In this document: piece after piece, positions 10,199 through 19,888 of the stretch
Numbering within the stretch: the stretch's first letter is position 1
Layout: each line of letters opens with the position of its first letter
NCBI GenBank assembly: GCA_938091905.1
Contig: CALKOM010000052.1
Location: 1-54,339 of the forward strand
Origin: an uncultured Verrucomicrobiales bacterium
GTDB taxonomy: Bacteria; Verrucomicrobiota; Verrucomicrobiia; Verrucomicrobiales; DEV007
Length of the DNA: 54,339 nt
Reading direction: 5' to 3'
Translations under genes and position numbers: made by a program
Notes under the pieces: generated by a model
Seen by the model: the letters and a program-made list of their open reading frames with translations, nothing else
Databases searched by the model: none
Told to the model about the DNA's origin: nothing

Positions 10199-11131
10199 AT
10201 GCCCGGACACCTCCTTGAGTCCACGACGAAGCGGACGATTTCCCTGCAGGACACGATGTTGTTCGGGCGGAAGAAGGATTGCCATATTCGGCTCACGGAC
10301 TCCCGGGTATCCCGCCAACATGCCATGATCCGGCGGCAGGATGATGGTGATTACTGGTTCTACGACCTCGGAAGCTCAAATGGGAGCTACATCAATGACC
10401 AGCGCGTCATCACGACGCGTAGGCTGAATAGTGAGGATAACATCCGAATCTGCGACCAAGAGTATTCTTTCGATTCTGGAGAAGACTTCGGCAGAGTCAG
10501 CATGACCGATGATTCGCTCGACGCTACGATCTCGGAGATCCGCACCATTCCTGTTGTCATGCTCGTGAGCGACATCAAGGGCTTCACGAAGATCTCCGAG
10601 AAGCTGCCGCCAGACGTTCTGGCCCAGACTATTGGCTCCTGGTATCGTGAGTGCGATGAGGTTCTAGGTGATTATGGTGCCACAGTTGACAAGTTTATCG
10701 GTGACGCGGTTCTCGCTTACTGGATGGACACGAGTGCCGAAACGCGGACCAAAGCGCTAAGTGCTGCCAAAGCACTCGGCGAAGCCTGTGAGCGTATCTC
10801 AAAGCTCCAAGCGGAGACTTTCTCTGAACATCAGCTGACACTTGAAAGCGGCTTGGGACTTCACTTGGGGAAAGTTGCCCACGGTCAGATGGGGCAAGGC
10901 ACCTTTACGATGCTCGGCGATGCGGTTAACATCACGTTCCGCGTGGAGTCGCTTACGCGTCCGCTGAAACGTGACGTTCTCGTGAGTGAAGAGTTTTTGG
11001 CAGGCTGGGACGATGGCCATGGACTCTGCCGTCACGAAGGTAGCCACATCGTCAAAGGAAGAACCACTCCGCTTGAGGTGTATTCGGTGGAAAGTTATCC
11101 TAACGAAGCGACTTTAGAGGCTTCGGCTTAG
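10199..11131 (+). CDS. FHA-domain class III adenylate cyclase
   Basis: FHA motifs GR, SRVSRQHA, GSSNG; cyclase motifs SDIKGFT, DKFIGDAV, TMLGDAVNITFRVE, VKGR. Start reassigned to the ATG at 10199. Confidence 0.88.
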   Translation: MPGHLLESTTKRTISLQDTMLFGRKKDCHIRLTDSRVSRQHAMIRRQDDGDYWFYDLGSSNGSYINDQRVITTRRLNSEDNIRICDQEYSFDSGEDFGRVSMTDDSLDATISEIRTIPVVMLVSDIKGFTKISEKLPPDVLAQTIGSWYRECDEVLGDYGATVDKFIGDAVLAYWMDTSAETRTKALSAAKALGEACERISKLQAETFSEHQLTLESGLGLHLGKVAHGQMGQGTFTMLGDAVNITFRVESLTRPLKRDVLVSEEFLAGWDDGHGLCRHEGSHIVKGRTTPLEVYSVESYPNEATLEASA

Positions 11132-11143
11132 TCGAAGATCGGA

Positions 11144-11161
11144 GGCCGAGCTTACTCGGCC
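11144..11161. repeat. Short GC-rich hairpin downstream of the cyclase stop
   Basis: GGCCGAG-CTTA-CTCGGCC, a perfect 7-bp stem. Confidence 0.4.
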
Positions 11162-11203
11162 GCGCGAGACATAGCCGGTTTCCCGAACTTCTCTGAGTAC
11201 ATA

Positions 11204-11235
11204 AACAACGGACTCTTATAAGAGAGTCCGTTGTT
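11204..11235. terminator. Probable bidirectional intrinsic terminator between convergent genes
   Basis: AACAACGGACTCT-TATAAG-AGAGTCCGTTGTT, a perfect 13-bp stem with A/T-rich ends. Confidence 0.7.
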
Positions 11236-11289
11236 GAGGAATACTGGAGGATCAGCCAGTGATCCCCAGTGAGAGAAGGAAAGAGGTCT

Positions 11290-13677
11290 CTATTTCGTTG
11301 CGATGGCTTGACCAGGAGTCTCTAGATCCGTGATTCGAAGCTGGAGATCGTTGGCAAACTCACGGAGTTTGTTTTGAGCAAGTTGCTCGGTTTGGAGAAG
11401 CTTACGAAGCTTCTCGGTTTCCTGCTGCCAAGATGCGGTGTCGTTGTTTAAGGTGGAAATGTGGATCGCTCGCTGAGCAAGTTCGTTCTCCAAGTGCTCG
11501 CCCTGGGCGCGTAGCGAGTGCACCTCGCTACGGAGGGGATCAAGCTCGGTGAGCAGGCCCTTGGTAGAGTCGAGTTCGTTTTTAGTCTTAGCCACTTGGG
11601 TGTTGAGCTCTAGGATTTGATTCGTGTGATCGACGAGTAGGCCGGACAGTTGCTCCTTGGATGTTGTCTCGCGTTGTAGGGACTGTCCAAGAGCGTCCTT
11701 GAGGTCGTTTACAGCCCCTTTAAAAGTGGAAGCGCTAGGCTCACTCACGGGCTTCGCCTGACTTGCGGAACGCAGTAGCGTGTCAAATTCGTGGCGTTGC
11801 TTCTTCAGAGATTGCTGGAGGTTCTCGTTTGTCTTCGTGAGTTCGTTGATGCGTTTCGTCAGGGTGCCCTCCTGAGTTTCCTCAGACTCCGCAAGTTTGG
11901 AAAGACTGGCGTTGAGTGTCTCTACGGACGCTTGCAACTCCGCGTTTCGTTCCAACAAGTTGTCCCGCATGGCTGCGAGATCTTGAACCTGTTTGGAAGA
12001 CTTGGATTTGTCAGCTTCTAACTCCGTAATGCGCTCCTTTAGGGCAATCGTTGTCGGACTCGTGATTGCTTTGGCCTCAAGTTGCTCTGTCATCTGGGCG
12101 ACTGATGCAGCGAGGGCTTGTTTCTCCTCATTCAGGGCATCACGAGCGGCCACGGCATTGTTGAGCTTTTCAGAAAGATCGTTGACCTGGCTCTGAGTAT
12201 TATCCTCGTCTTCTGCGAGGGCTTTCTCACTAGCTTTGAGCTTTTCTTCAGATTCTGCAAGGGCATCCTTTTGAGAAGCTAGGGTAGCGTTAAGTTCCTC
12301 GTTAGCCTTCTTCAGTTCAGCGAGTTCGCTACGCAGTTCAGCTTCGCTGGTTTCGGCATCCTTGACTGTTTTGTCGAGCATGGACTGAAGCTGGGCGACC
12401 TTGTCTTCCAGATTAGCCTTCTCTTCGACAAGCTTCTTGTTGGACGCTTTTGCAGCACTCAACTCGGACATCACTTCAGAGAGGCGGGTGTCGAGACTGT
12501 CTAATTTCTGACGCTCTTGCTGCAGGTTGCTCGTGAGCTGCTCGTTCTTGGTCTCGAGGCCTTTGATCGCTTTGCGCAAGGTCATCTCGGTGTTCTTGGC
12601 CTCGTCAATCGTCATGGCGAGGGTGCCTTGGAGCTGCTTGATCGTCTTACTCAAACCAGTCTTCTCGGCGGTCAGCGTTGTGATGTTCGTTTTCGCCTGT
12701 GCAAGTGACGTCTCTAGGCCGCTTACTTCGTCGGTCAATTTGGCGGTTACTGCCTGCTCGCCGACCCAGTTGTCATGGAAGGTTTGCTTCTCTTTGGTTA
12801 GGTCTTCTTTCTCCACCTGAAGGACGTCACGTTCTGCGATGACCTTCTTTCTTCCGCTTTCGCTGCTGAGGAAGGCACCAAGCGCACAGAGGAATAGGAA
12901 GAGAGCTGCCCACTTGAGAAAGCCGCCGCCGCCGCTTCGTCCCGATGGTTCTGGGTGGCTTTTAAAATTACTGCTAGGGCCATTGTCAGAGCCACCAGAT
13001 CCTGAGGAACCGATGGACGAACCGCCGTGGTCGGCGTCGCTGGGCGAATCTGAAACGAGGCGGATGGACTGATAAGCAGGGGACTGCTCGGTCCATACTG
13101 AGAACCCGTTTCCTGGCAAATGAACAGACGATGGAGATGTCATTGGCTGAGGAGGATCGATGGTGCGTTCTTGAGGCTGTGCGGGCACAGACTCGGTGGC
13201 ATGCTTGGCTGTTGATGATTGCGAGTGCTGCTCTGGCGCTGAATCAGCAGCAGCCGGCTCGATAGGAATTTCTGACTTTTCGGGAACCTCAATTGGGAGA
13301 GGCCCCACGGCTGTGGTCTTGGTCTTACCTGGTGTGGAGTCGATCACGCGAAGCTCAGGCTGAGCTGGGATCACAACGGAGATCTCACTATCGGGCCTTG
13401 TCACGGTGGGTTTTACAATGCGAGTGATCTGATTTTTACTAAAACCACGTAAGATGTGTGCGCGGGCCTGGCGGGGTTGTTTCGAATCGGGCAATGAGAA
13501 GCCGCGACCGACATCAAGGGAGCCTGATTCCTTCTGCGGTGCTGCGTTGCTTTCGGTGGCGCTTGTCCAGATTGAGAAGCCTAATCCAGGCAAAGACGCG
13601 ATGGTAGGCCCACCATGGGCGGACAACCCATCAGCGGCTTCGGAAGGCACTGGAGAAATGAAAGAGTTGCGTGACAT
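11290..13677 (-). CDS. Membrane-anchored long coiled-coil protein with disordered N-terminus
   Basis: About 250 aa of S/P/G-rich sequence, one TM helix (FLKWAALFLFLCALGAFLS), then about 500 aa of heptad-rich E/K/L/A sequence; no Walker motifs. Confidence 0.8.
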   Translation of the reverse strand: MSRNSFISPVPSEAADGLSAHGGPTIASLPGLGFSIWTSATESNAAPQKESGSLDVGRGFSLPDSKQPRQARAHILRGFSKNQITRIVKPTVTRPDSEISVVIPAQPELRVIDSTPGKTKTTAVGPLPIEVPEKSEIPIEPAAADSAPEQHSQSSTAKHATESVPAQPQERTIDPPQPMTSPSSVHLPGNGFSVWTEQSPAYQSIRLVSDSPSDADHGGSSIGSSGSGGSDNGPSSNFKSHPEPSGRSGGGGFLKWAALFLFLCALGAFLSSESGRKKVIAERDVLQVEKEDLTKEKQTFHDNWVGEQAVTAKLTDEVSGLETSLAQAKTNITTLTAEKTGLSKTIKQLQGTLAMTIDEAKNTEMTLRKAIKGLETKNEQLTSNLQQERQKLDSLDTRLSEVMSELSAAKASNKKLVEEKANLEDKVAQLQSMLDKTVKDAETSEAELRSELAELKKANEELNATLASQKDALAESEEKLKASEKALAEDEDNTQSQVNDLSEKLNNAVAARDALNEEKQALAASVAQMTEQLEAKAITSPTTIALKERITELEADKSKSSKQVQDLAAMRDNLLERNAELQASVETLNASLSKLAESEETQEGTLTKRINELTKTNENLQQSLKKQRHEFDTLLRSASQAKPVSEPSASTFKGAVNDLKDALGQSLQRETTSKEQLSGLLVDHTNQILELNTQVAKTKNELDSTKGLLTELDPLRSEVHSLRAQGEHLENELAQRAIHISTLNNDTASWQQETEKLRKLLQTEQLAQNKLREFANDLQLRITDLETPGQAIATK

Positions 13678-13835
13678 GCCTAGCTATCTGTTACCGTCCT
13701 CTAATGATAATGAAAAGCTGAAATTTAATAGAGCTTAATTACCTTCTCAAGATTGCTTCTCTAAATTGTTTAATCAAGCTTAATTTATAATTATGAAAGC
13801 CGAATGAAATCAGTAGGGTATTTTAGGCTGATCTG

Positions 13836-15320
13836 TCACTCAACATCCTTATTATAAAGGACAAGTGAACCAACGAGAGCGATTGCTACATTGGCACCAA
13901 GGCCCAAGATTCCAGGTGGCAGCCATTCAAACAGCGTCCACGAAGTGTTTCGGAAGCCAATGGCGATCAGAGTTCCGACAATCATTCCTGCGAAAACGGG
14001 GCCCGACCGGAGGCGTCTGCAATGTATTCCGAGGAGAAAGGCTGGGGCGATTTGGCATAGGAACTCCAGCTTCAGCTTGATCAAGTCCCAGATGTTGCTT
14101 GTCTTCAGGCTTATCGCCAGCGTGACAGCCCCAGCCATGATGACGAAAGAGGCCACCTTGCCGATCGTGTTGAGCCGTTCAATGGTCGTCCCTGGCGAGA
14201 TGGCTGGATAGATGTCCTTGGCCACGACTGAAGAGATAGCGAGCAAGGCGGAGTCCACTGTCGACATGGTTGCTGCTAATATCGCCGCTATACAAATCAG
14301 GACGATCCAACGCATTACAGGAACTTCCTCAACAATCATCGCGAGCCACCGCAGGGTCACTCCGTCGGACTCGGCATCTGAGAGACCAGGAAATTGAGCG
14401 ATGCCCAATAAGCCTAGCATCAACATGAGGAAGGTTGTGACCAATGGAAAGAAGACCATGATCTGCAAGGATCGCTGCAAGGTACGCGCGCTCTTCGCCG
14501 CGTAGATGCGTTGGATAGCATGAGGGTACATGGAAATGCCGAGACCTACTAACAGAACCGTGCACAACCAATCGACTTTCTCTTTCCAAGTAGGCACAGC
14601 CATCAATTCCGGCCTGGTCTCCCGGATCGCTTCTGCTGCTGAGCCTAAGCCTCCAAAGACAACGTTTGCCACGATGAAGATAATCGAGATCCCAAAGAGC
14701 AAGAGAACCCCCTGCAACACATCTGTCCACGCAACTGAACGCAATCCACCTAATAGTTCATATACAAGCATGATCACGGCCAACAGAATCACGCCTGGGG
14801 CATAACTCCCTGAAATGCCTGTGATCGTCTCCGTGAGTAGTCCTAACGCTTTGAGATTAGTTAAGATGTAATTGCCCAGAGCGAGAACGCCAAGAGTACT
14901 GGCTAGAATGGTTAACGGTTGGTAGCGAAAGCGATCCTGCAGATAATCACCCATGGTCACGTAGTGCCGCTTGTGAGCCAGCCTATGTAGACGAGGCGCG
15001 TAGATTAAGTAGAAGCCGACGATCGCCATCATGAACGCGACTGCGGAGAGAAACTGGTAGCCTTGCCGGTAGGATTTCCCTACGAAACCTAGCATCGTAT
15101 TCCCGCTATACTGAGTCGCATACAGTGTGAGCAACAAGACCATGAGCCCTAGCCCTCGCCCACCGAGATAGAAATCTGCTAGAGAATCATCCTTCTTTGC
15201 ACGATGCCCGAGCCATCCAAGCAGCACGAGAACGCTCAAGTAGCCTCCCACAAATATATAGCCGGCAGTTCCAAGAATTCCGTTGGTAGCCGTTTGAGCC
15301 CATTGCCAATGTGTCATCAC
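13836..15320 (-). CDS. Sodium:solute symporter (SSS family)
   Basis: DFYLGGRGLG, ATQYSG, GGLRSVAWTDVLQG, PHAIQRIYAAKS, AATMSTVDS; many TM helices. Alternative ATG at 15317. Confidence 0.9.
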   Translation of the reverse strand: MMTHWQWAQTATNGILGTAGYIFVGGYLSVLVLLGWLGHRAKKDDSLADFYLGGRGLGLMVLLLTLYATQYSGNTMLGFVGKSYRQGYQFLSAVAFMMAIVGFYLIYAPRLHRLAHKRHYVTMGDYLQDRFRYQPLTILASTLGVLALGNYILTNLKALGLLTETITGISGSYAPGVILLAVIMLVYELLGGLRSVAWTDVLQGVLLLFGISIIFIVANVVFGGLGSAAEAIRETRPELMAVPTWKEKVDWLCTVLLVGLGISMYPHAIQRIYAAKSARTLQRSLQIMVFFPLVTTFLMLMLGLLGIAQFPGLSDAESDGVTLRWLAMIVEEVPVMRWIVLICIAAILAATMSTVDSALLAISSVVAKDIYPAISPGTTIERLNTIGKVASFVIMAGAVTLAISLKTSNIWDLIKLKLEFLCQIAPAFLLGIHCRRLRSGPVFAGMIVGTLIAIGFRNTSWTLFEWLPPGILGLGANVAIALVGSLVLYNKDVE

Positions 15321-15442
15321 TGAGAAGTTCTTATCGAATAACTCTTAGACCTGTCGATTCAGGAACTGCCTAAAGGCCACGCGTGGGCAGCCAAATTAGA
15401 GTAGGTTGCCAAGGGCCGAAGACCGGCCATAATTGCGGCGTC

Positions 15443-16537
15443 ATGACCAACCTCCGCTCCTCTCTCTTGCTTGTTCTCGCCTCCATCAGCTTGGTTGTTC
15501 ACGATGTGGCTGCGCAGTCCAAGGCTCACCCTGCGCAGAAAGTTGCTGAAGCCTACATGCGTGCAATCCAGACCCACGAATGGGCGAAAGCGGCAGATAT
15601 GGTGGAAACCAAGAGCTTGGCGAACCTCAAGGTATTCCAGAAACGGTATCTTATGAATGCACCAACTCTACCGGAGGAAGAGGCCCTTCTTGCTATCCTT
15701 GGACTCAAACGAATCTCTGACATCGACGCTCTCTCTCCGAAAGAAGTCTACGTGCGTCGTGGCCAGGCCAAGACAAAGCAGCTCAAGGAACCCAAGAAAC
15801 ACATTGGGGAAATGAAGCAGAGTGTGGTCGTGAAGACTCTCGGCACCGTTTCTGATGGTCCCAACAACGTTCACACGATGATTCGCAAAGAGTTTATGGC
15901 CGCTGAGCGCGCCTTCTCAGAACTCGCCTTTGTCTCTCTGGTGAAAGAAGGCAAGAGTTGGAAGATCTCGCTGGACGCTCAGGAGCCGAAGATGGTTCCT
16001 GCTGCAAACCTAGCTCCGTTGCCAAAGGTCAAAACCAAACCTCACGGAGCTCATCAAGTCGCCCTCAACTACCAAAATGCGGTGAGCCTGCACGACTGGG
16101 AAAGCGCATCCTTGCTCGTAGATACTGAGAGCCTCAAGAGCATGAAAGGGTTTCAGAAACGCTATTTGCGGGCAGCTCCTGGACTCGCTGAAGAACAACA
16201 GTTGTTGCGCCTGTTAGGCCTTACGGAGATTTCTGACCTCGATGACATGACGCCACGGGCCATCTACATCTCTCGTGGTAAAGCAACTACCAAACGCCTG
16301 ATGGATCCTGAGAAGCACATCGCCGAACTCCAGAGGACCCTCAAGATCGTTTGTCTTGGCACGGCGACTGAAGGCGACGACATGGTCCATGCTGCTCTCC
16401 GCAAGCAATTCTCTGCTCAAGAGCGAGGCTTTTCTGAGCTTCTCTTCGTCACGCTAAAGAAAGAAGGAACGGTCTGGAAAGTGTCTCTCGATGCCCAAGA
16501 ACCCAAGGTGTTCGCCCAGAAAGGCAAGAAGAAGTAA
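15443..16537 (+). CDS. Secreted hypothetical protein made of two tandem copies of a ~160-aa domain
   Basis: Signal peptide from MTNLRSS; FQKRYL, FSEL.FV.L.KEG..WK.SLDAQEPK each occur twice. Confidence 0.8.
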   Translation: MTNLRSSLLLVLASISLVVHDVAAQSKAHPAQKVAEAYMRAIQTHEWAKAADMVETKSLANLKVFQKRYLMNAPTLPEEEALLAILGLKRISDIDALSPKEVYVRRGQAKTKQLKEPKKHIGEMKQSVVVKTLGTVSDGPNNVHTMIRKEFMAAERAFSELAFVSLVKEGKSWKISLDAQEPKMVPAANLAPLPKVKTKPHGAHQVALNYQNAVSLHDWESASLLVDTESLKSMKGFQKRYLRAAPGLAEEQQLLRLLGLTEISDLDDMTPRAIYISRGKATTKRLMDPEKHIAELQRTLKIVCLGTATEGDDMVHAALRKQFSAQERGFSELLFVTLKKEGTVWKVSLDAQEPKVFAQKGKKK

Positions 16538-16544
16538 CTTCAAT

Positions 16545-19049
16545 CTAGCGTTTAGGCAGCGAGTTGATCGTTGCATGAACCGTTTGATTAATCAGGGTTC
16601 CATCGCCAGCCTTAAGATGGACGGTGATTGAAATGGCAGGGTTGATCTTTACCTCGGGTTCGCCCTGGGCATTCTGTGAGGTTCGGTGGGCGACGGTTTC
16701 TTGTTCAAGGTTTGGAATCCCTACATGGAGCGTCCGCGCATCGATTAGTCGGGCGTTGATTGGCCTGACCATTTGAGTCTCTTTGCCTTTCGCTGGTTTG
16801 TCAGGCTCTCGGATGATCGAGAAGCTGTTTGGATCAAGGGATGTGGCGTCCAGAGCACACGGAAAGCTCAACTGAAGACCGTCGGCGGTAGCAGCTACGT
16901 CTTGAATGAGGTGCGACGGATCTCCGGTGGCGCGGATTCGATAAATCACGCCGTCGACACGAGCGATGCTGTCCCAGCCCTTCTTGCAGACAATGTAGGT
17001 TTGACCGTCGATGGGACTGACTCGGGGACGCATGGCGCCCGCTTTGAAATCAAAGGGTAGGCGCATGGCAAACCCATTGGGATAGTCGCCTACATCCTGC
17101 GTGCGACAGTAGAAGGCTCTGGAACGGCTGTAAGAGGTGTGAATGATAGATCCACTCAATGGCCCCCAGCGCTTCGGGTCTGACCAACACTGCCCACCAC
17201 TGGAACTATCTACCCGGGCGGGCAAGACGACAAGCATAGGTGTGCTGCGTTCGTGCTCGTACCCGTAGATGGCTCCCTCTTTGACCAGGCTGAAGCCGTT
17301 GTAAACAGCTTGCCCACTGGGGTTGTCAGCAACGGTGACCCAGTTGTTTGGTCCACCGGCACCCATGCCATTGGGATTGCGAAAGTCCGAAGCGATGGCC
17401 TGGGCGTGAGAGCCGTCAGCAGCAACGCGAACGACAGCACCCATGAGTGGTGATTTGTAGCCGGATTGGGAATAGTAGAAATAGCCTGCACTGTCGGTTT
17501 GGAGGTCATACTTGAAGGCGTGGTAGCCTCCTCCGATTTCATTGCGGTCTTCATAGAAGCTTTCGTAGTAGTCGGCTTCGCCATTGTTGTTCACGTCGTG
17601 AAGGCGCGTGATTCGGTCACGGCCTCTCACATAGATCTTCCCATCTACGATCCTCAACCCCAACGGTTCATACAGGCCAGCAGCGAATCGAGACCAGGTG
17701 AGTGTGAGAAGATCTTCCTTAGCTGGGCTGACGATCCAGACATCACCACTCAAGGTGGAGACGGCGATACGCCCATCATCAAAGAAATCCAGAGCGGTCA
17801 GGCGCATCCAGCTGCCGTAAGGATTTGCTAGGGGTGCGATCATTTCATCGAGAGCGTAGCCCTCCATGTTTACACCCCGCGTGATCTCGGTCTGAACCGT
17901 CTGTGGCCAACGGCGCGGGCTTCCTTTCGTGATGGCTTCGAAGTCAGGGAAGGGTAATGCTTCGTCGACCGGGAGCTCAGATTCGCTCGAAAGCCAAACC
18001 GTGACTTGCTGGGTGGTTTCTGAAGCTGGTACGGACAACCAGTCCGGTGCACTACGATAGTCCAAATCAAATCCGTCAACCTTACTGGTAAGTTTGGGCA
18101 CTCCACCCGAGACCGAGAACGCAATCGACTTAGCTCCTGGACCGATCTCCAGCTGGCGTGCGAAAGTTAACGAACCAGGTTCGTGGTAGAGTGTTTCCAT
18201 CACCGTCCGTGAGCCAATACTATAGTGGAGCACGACCCGTTGATTGTGGAGGTGAAGACCCTTGAAGCTTGGATTATCGCCGATCCAGCCTGAACCATCA
18301 ACATTCTGATAGTGGACTTCTCCGCCGGGTCTGAGCGGGCGGCTACCCTTGTAACTCGTATGGTGGGTGTCATGTGTGTCCGCGAGTTCGCCGGACCAAA
18401 CACCGCTGATTGCAAGCCGAGTCAGATCATAACAGATATTCAAGTTTCCGAGGGAGACGATCAGTGCTTTCTCCGTCGTGTTTTCAAGAACCGGAGCGTT
18501 CTTGTCGTTGATCGGTCCGTAAATGACAGCGTGCTGTAGAAAGGGACCGTACTGCATGCGCGTGCCGCCGCTCCCATCGATCATTCCGGGGGCAATCTCC
18601 ACCGCCTGCGCATTGGCTGCTTGGATTTTAGCGTCCTCAGCTGCTCTCACATTTAGGGAGGCAAAGTAGGTCTCGCCCGGCTCGTCGTATTGACTCTTGT
18701 TAGATACCTTTAGGATATCTTCTCGCAAATGGTGGACGATCTGGTAGCGCTCTTTCTTGGAGAGCACGCCGTCCCATCGGAACATGAGTCCATTGCCGTA
18801 GCTAATCGTCTTCCAAAGACTGTAGGGATCACCCCCGAATTTGAGAGGATCCACAGCGAATCGGCGCGCTAAAGGATTCAAGGCGAGCTTACCGTCCACA
18901 CCGTGACAAGAGGCGCAGTGTTGCCGGTACAACTTGGCGCCAGCTTGAGCGTCCTCAATGCTTAGACGGCCGATCGCCGTCACATGATCGTAGTTCGCTC
19001 CATCGCACAGGACGGACGTTACAAAGAGTGCAGCGAGGAAACAGCGCAT
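16545..19049 (-). CDS. c-type cytochrome fused to a DUF6797-like/beta-propeller domain (PVC type)
   Basis: Signal peptide; heme motif CASCH; NPYGSWMRLTALDF, RFAAGLYEPLGL, DVNNNGEADYYE, FRNPNGMG, DGQTYI. Confidence 0.75.
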   Translation of the reverse strand: MRCFLAALFVTSVLCDGANYDHVTAIGRLSIEDAQAGAKLYRQHCASCHGVDGKLALNPLARRFAVDPLKFGGDPYSLWKTISYGNGLMFRWDGVLSKKERYQIVHHLREDILKVSNKSQYDEPGETYFASLNVRAAEDAKIQAANAQAVEIAPGMIDGSGGTRMQYGPFLQHAVIYGPINDKNAPVLENTTEKALIVSLGNLNICYDLTRLAISGVWSGELADTHDTHHTSYKGSRPLRPGGEVHYQNVDGSGWIGDNPSFKGLHLHNQRVVLHYSIGSRTVMETLYHEPGSLTFARQLEIGPGAKSIAFSVSGGVPKLTSKVDGFDLDYRSAPDWLSVPASETTQQVTVWLSSESELPVDEALPFPDFEAITKGSPRRWPQTVQTEITRGVNMEGYALDEMIAPLANPYGSWMRLTALDFFDDGRIAVSTLSGDVWIVSPAKEDLLTLTWSRFAAGLYEPLGLRIVDGKIYVRGRDRITRLHDVNNNGEADYYESFYEDRNEIGGGYHAFKYDLQTDSAGYFYYSQSGYKSPLMGAVVRVAADGSHAQAIASDFRNPNGMGAGGPNNWVTVADNPSGQAVYNGFSLVKEGAIYGYEHERSTPMLVVLPARVDSSSGGQCWSDPKRWGPLSGSIIHTSYSRSRAFYCRTQDVGDYPNGFAMRLPFDFKAGAMRPRVSPIDGQTYIVCKKGWDSIARVDGVIYRIRATGDPSHLIQDVAATADGLQLSFPCALDATSLDPNSFSIIREPDKPAKGKETQMVRPINARLIDARTLHVGIPNLEQETVAHRTSQNAQGEPEVKINPAISITVHLKAGDGTLINQTVHATINSLPKR

Positions 19050-19103
19050 GTCCCTAGCATCATAGGCTCTAGTTGGGCCGAGTCGATGAAATCTGGCACC
19101 GTG

Positions 19104-19796
19104 CTAGCGGCGTCGTCCGAAAGCGATGAGAACACCAAGCAATCCAAGGGCGCTGGCGGACGGCTCGGGAATGGTGGGATTTTCCGAACCAAAGGTGGGG
19201 GCTGTGAAGTCGCCTACGAAACCAGCATCATCACCATTGATCGCTCTCACGCCGGAGCCGCTCTCATTAGAAGAAAGCCAGGCTCCCGTGTTGCCATCAC
19301 GAAAGGCGACTCCGGTTGCGCTCGCACCGAAAGCGAAATCCTGTCCCCCGAGCTGAACGCCGTAGGTGCTCACATCAGCACCGGTATCGGGAACACTGAT
19401 GGCATCAAAGATGATGCCAAGTGAGACAATGGAATCTAACGTCCCGTCATCACCGGGATCTAGATCGGTATTGGATCCTCCGCCGTCTGCTGAGTGAAAG
19501 AGAAGTGTAAAGCTTGGATTTTCAAGATCAGGGATGTCTTCAGTGGCGAATCCACCTGCGTTAAGGGTTCCCGAAATCATGGTCTGACGATCAATGGTTC
19601 CGATTGACCCAGTATCCATTTCAATCGTGCTAAGAAAGCCAGAGTAAGCCTCGTTCGGGTTCCCACTCAACTCAATGGTCTGAGTGGTAGGATCTGTGCC
19701 AGGTGGGTTGGGCAGGAATTCACTGAGGACCACTGCCGCTGGAGTAGTGGCGAGGAAGCCAAGAAACGAAAAGAAGACCGCTAGTGAAGTGTTCAT
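19104..19796 (-). CDS. PEP-CTERM sorting-domain surface protein
   Basis: Signal peptide; lamin-tail-like start VVLSEFLPNPPGTD; C-terminal IPEPSASALGLLGVLIAFGRRR. Confidence 0.88.
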   Translation of the reverse strand: MNTSLAVFFSFLGFLATTPAAVVLSEFLPNPPGTDPTTQTIELSGNPNEAYSGFLSTIEMDTGSIGTIDRQTMISGTLNAGGFATEDIPDLENPSFTLLFHSADGGGSNTDLDPGDDGTLDSIVSLGIIFDAISVPDTGADVSTYGVQLGGQDFAFGASATGVAFRDGNTGAWLSSNESGSGVRAINGDDAGFVGDFTAPTFGSENPTIPEPSASALGLLGVLIAFGRRR

Positions 19797-19888
19797 AGGG
19801 AAAAGGAGAAAGTTCCTAATGGCCTCGACCGTCGTCCGGGCATGAATCGTGTGTCAATGCAATTGAGCGCCCGAGCTACCGGTAAGTC

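Noticed and set aside
11290..13677. Coiled-coil protein as the SMC partner of ScpB
   Set aside because: No Walker A/B, signature motif or hinge, and it has a TM helix.
13680..13835. AT-rich stretch as a sign of horizontal transfer
   Set aside because: Only about 150 bp and directly upstream of a gene; more simply a promoter region.
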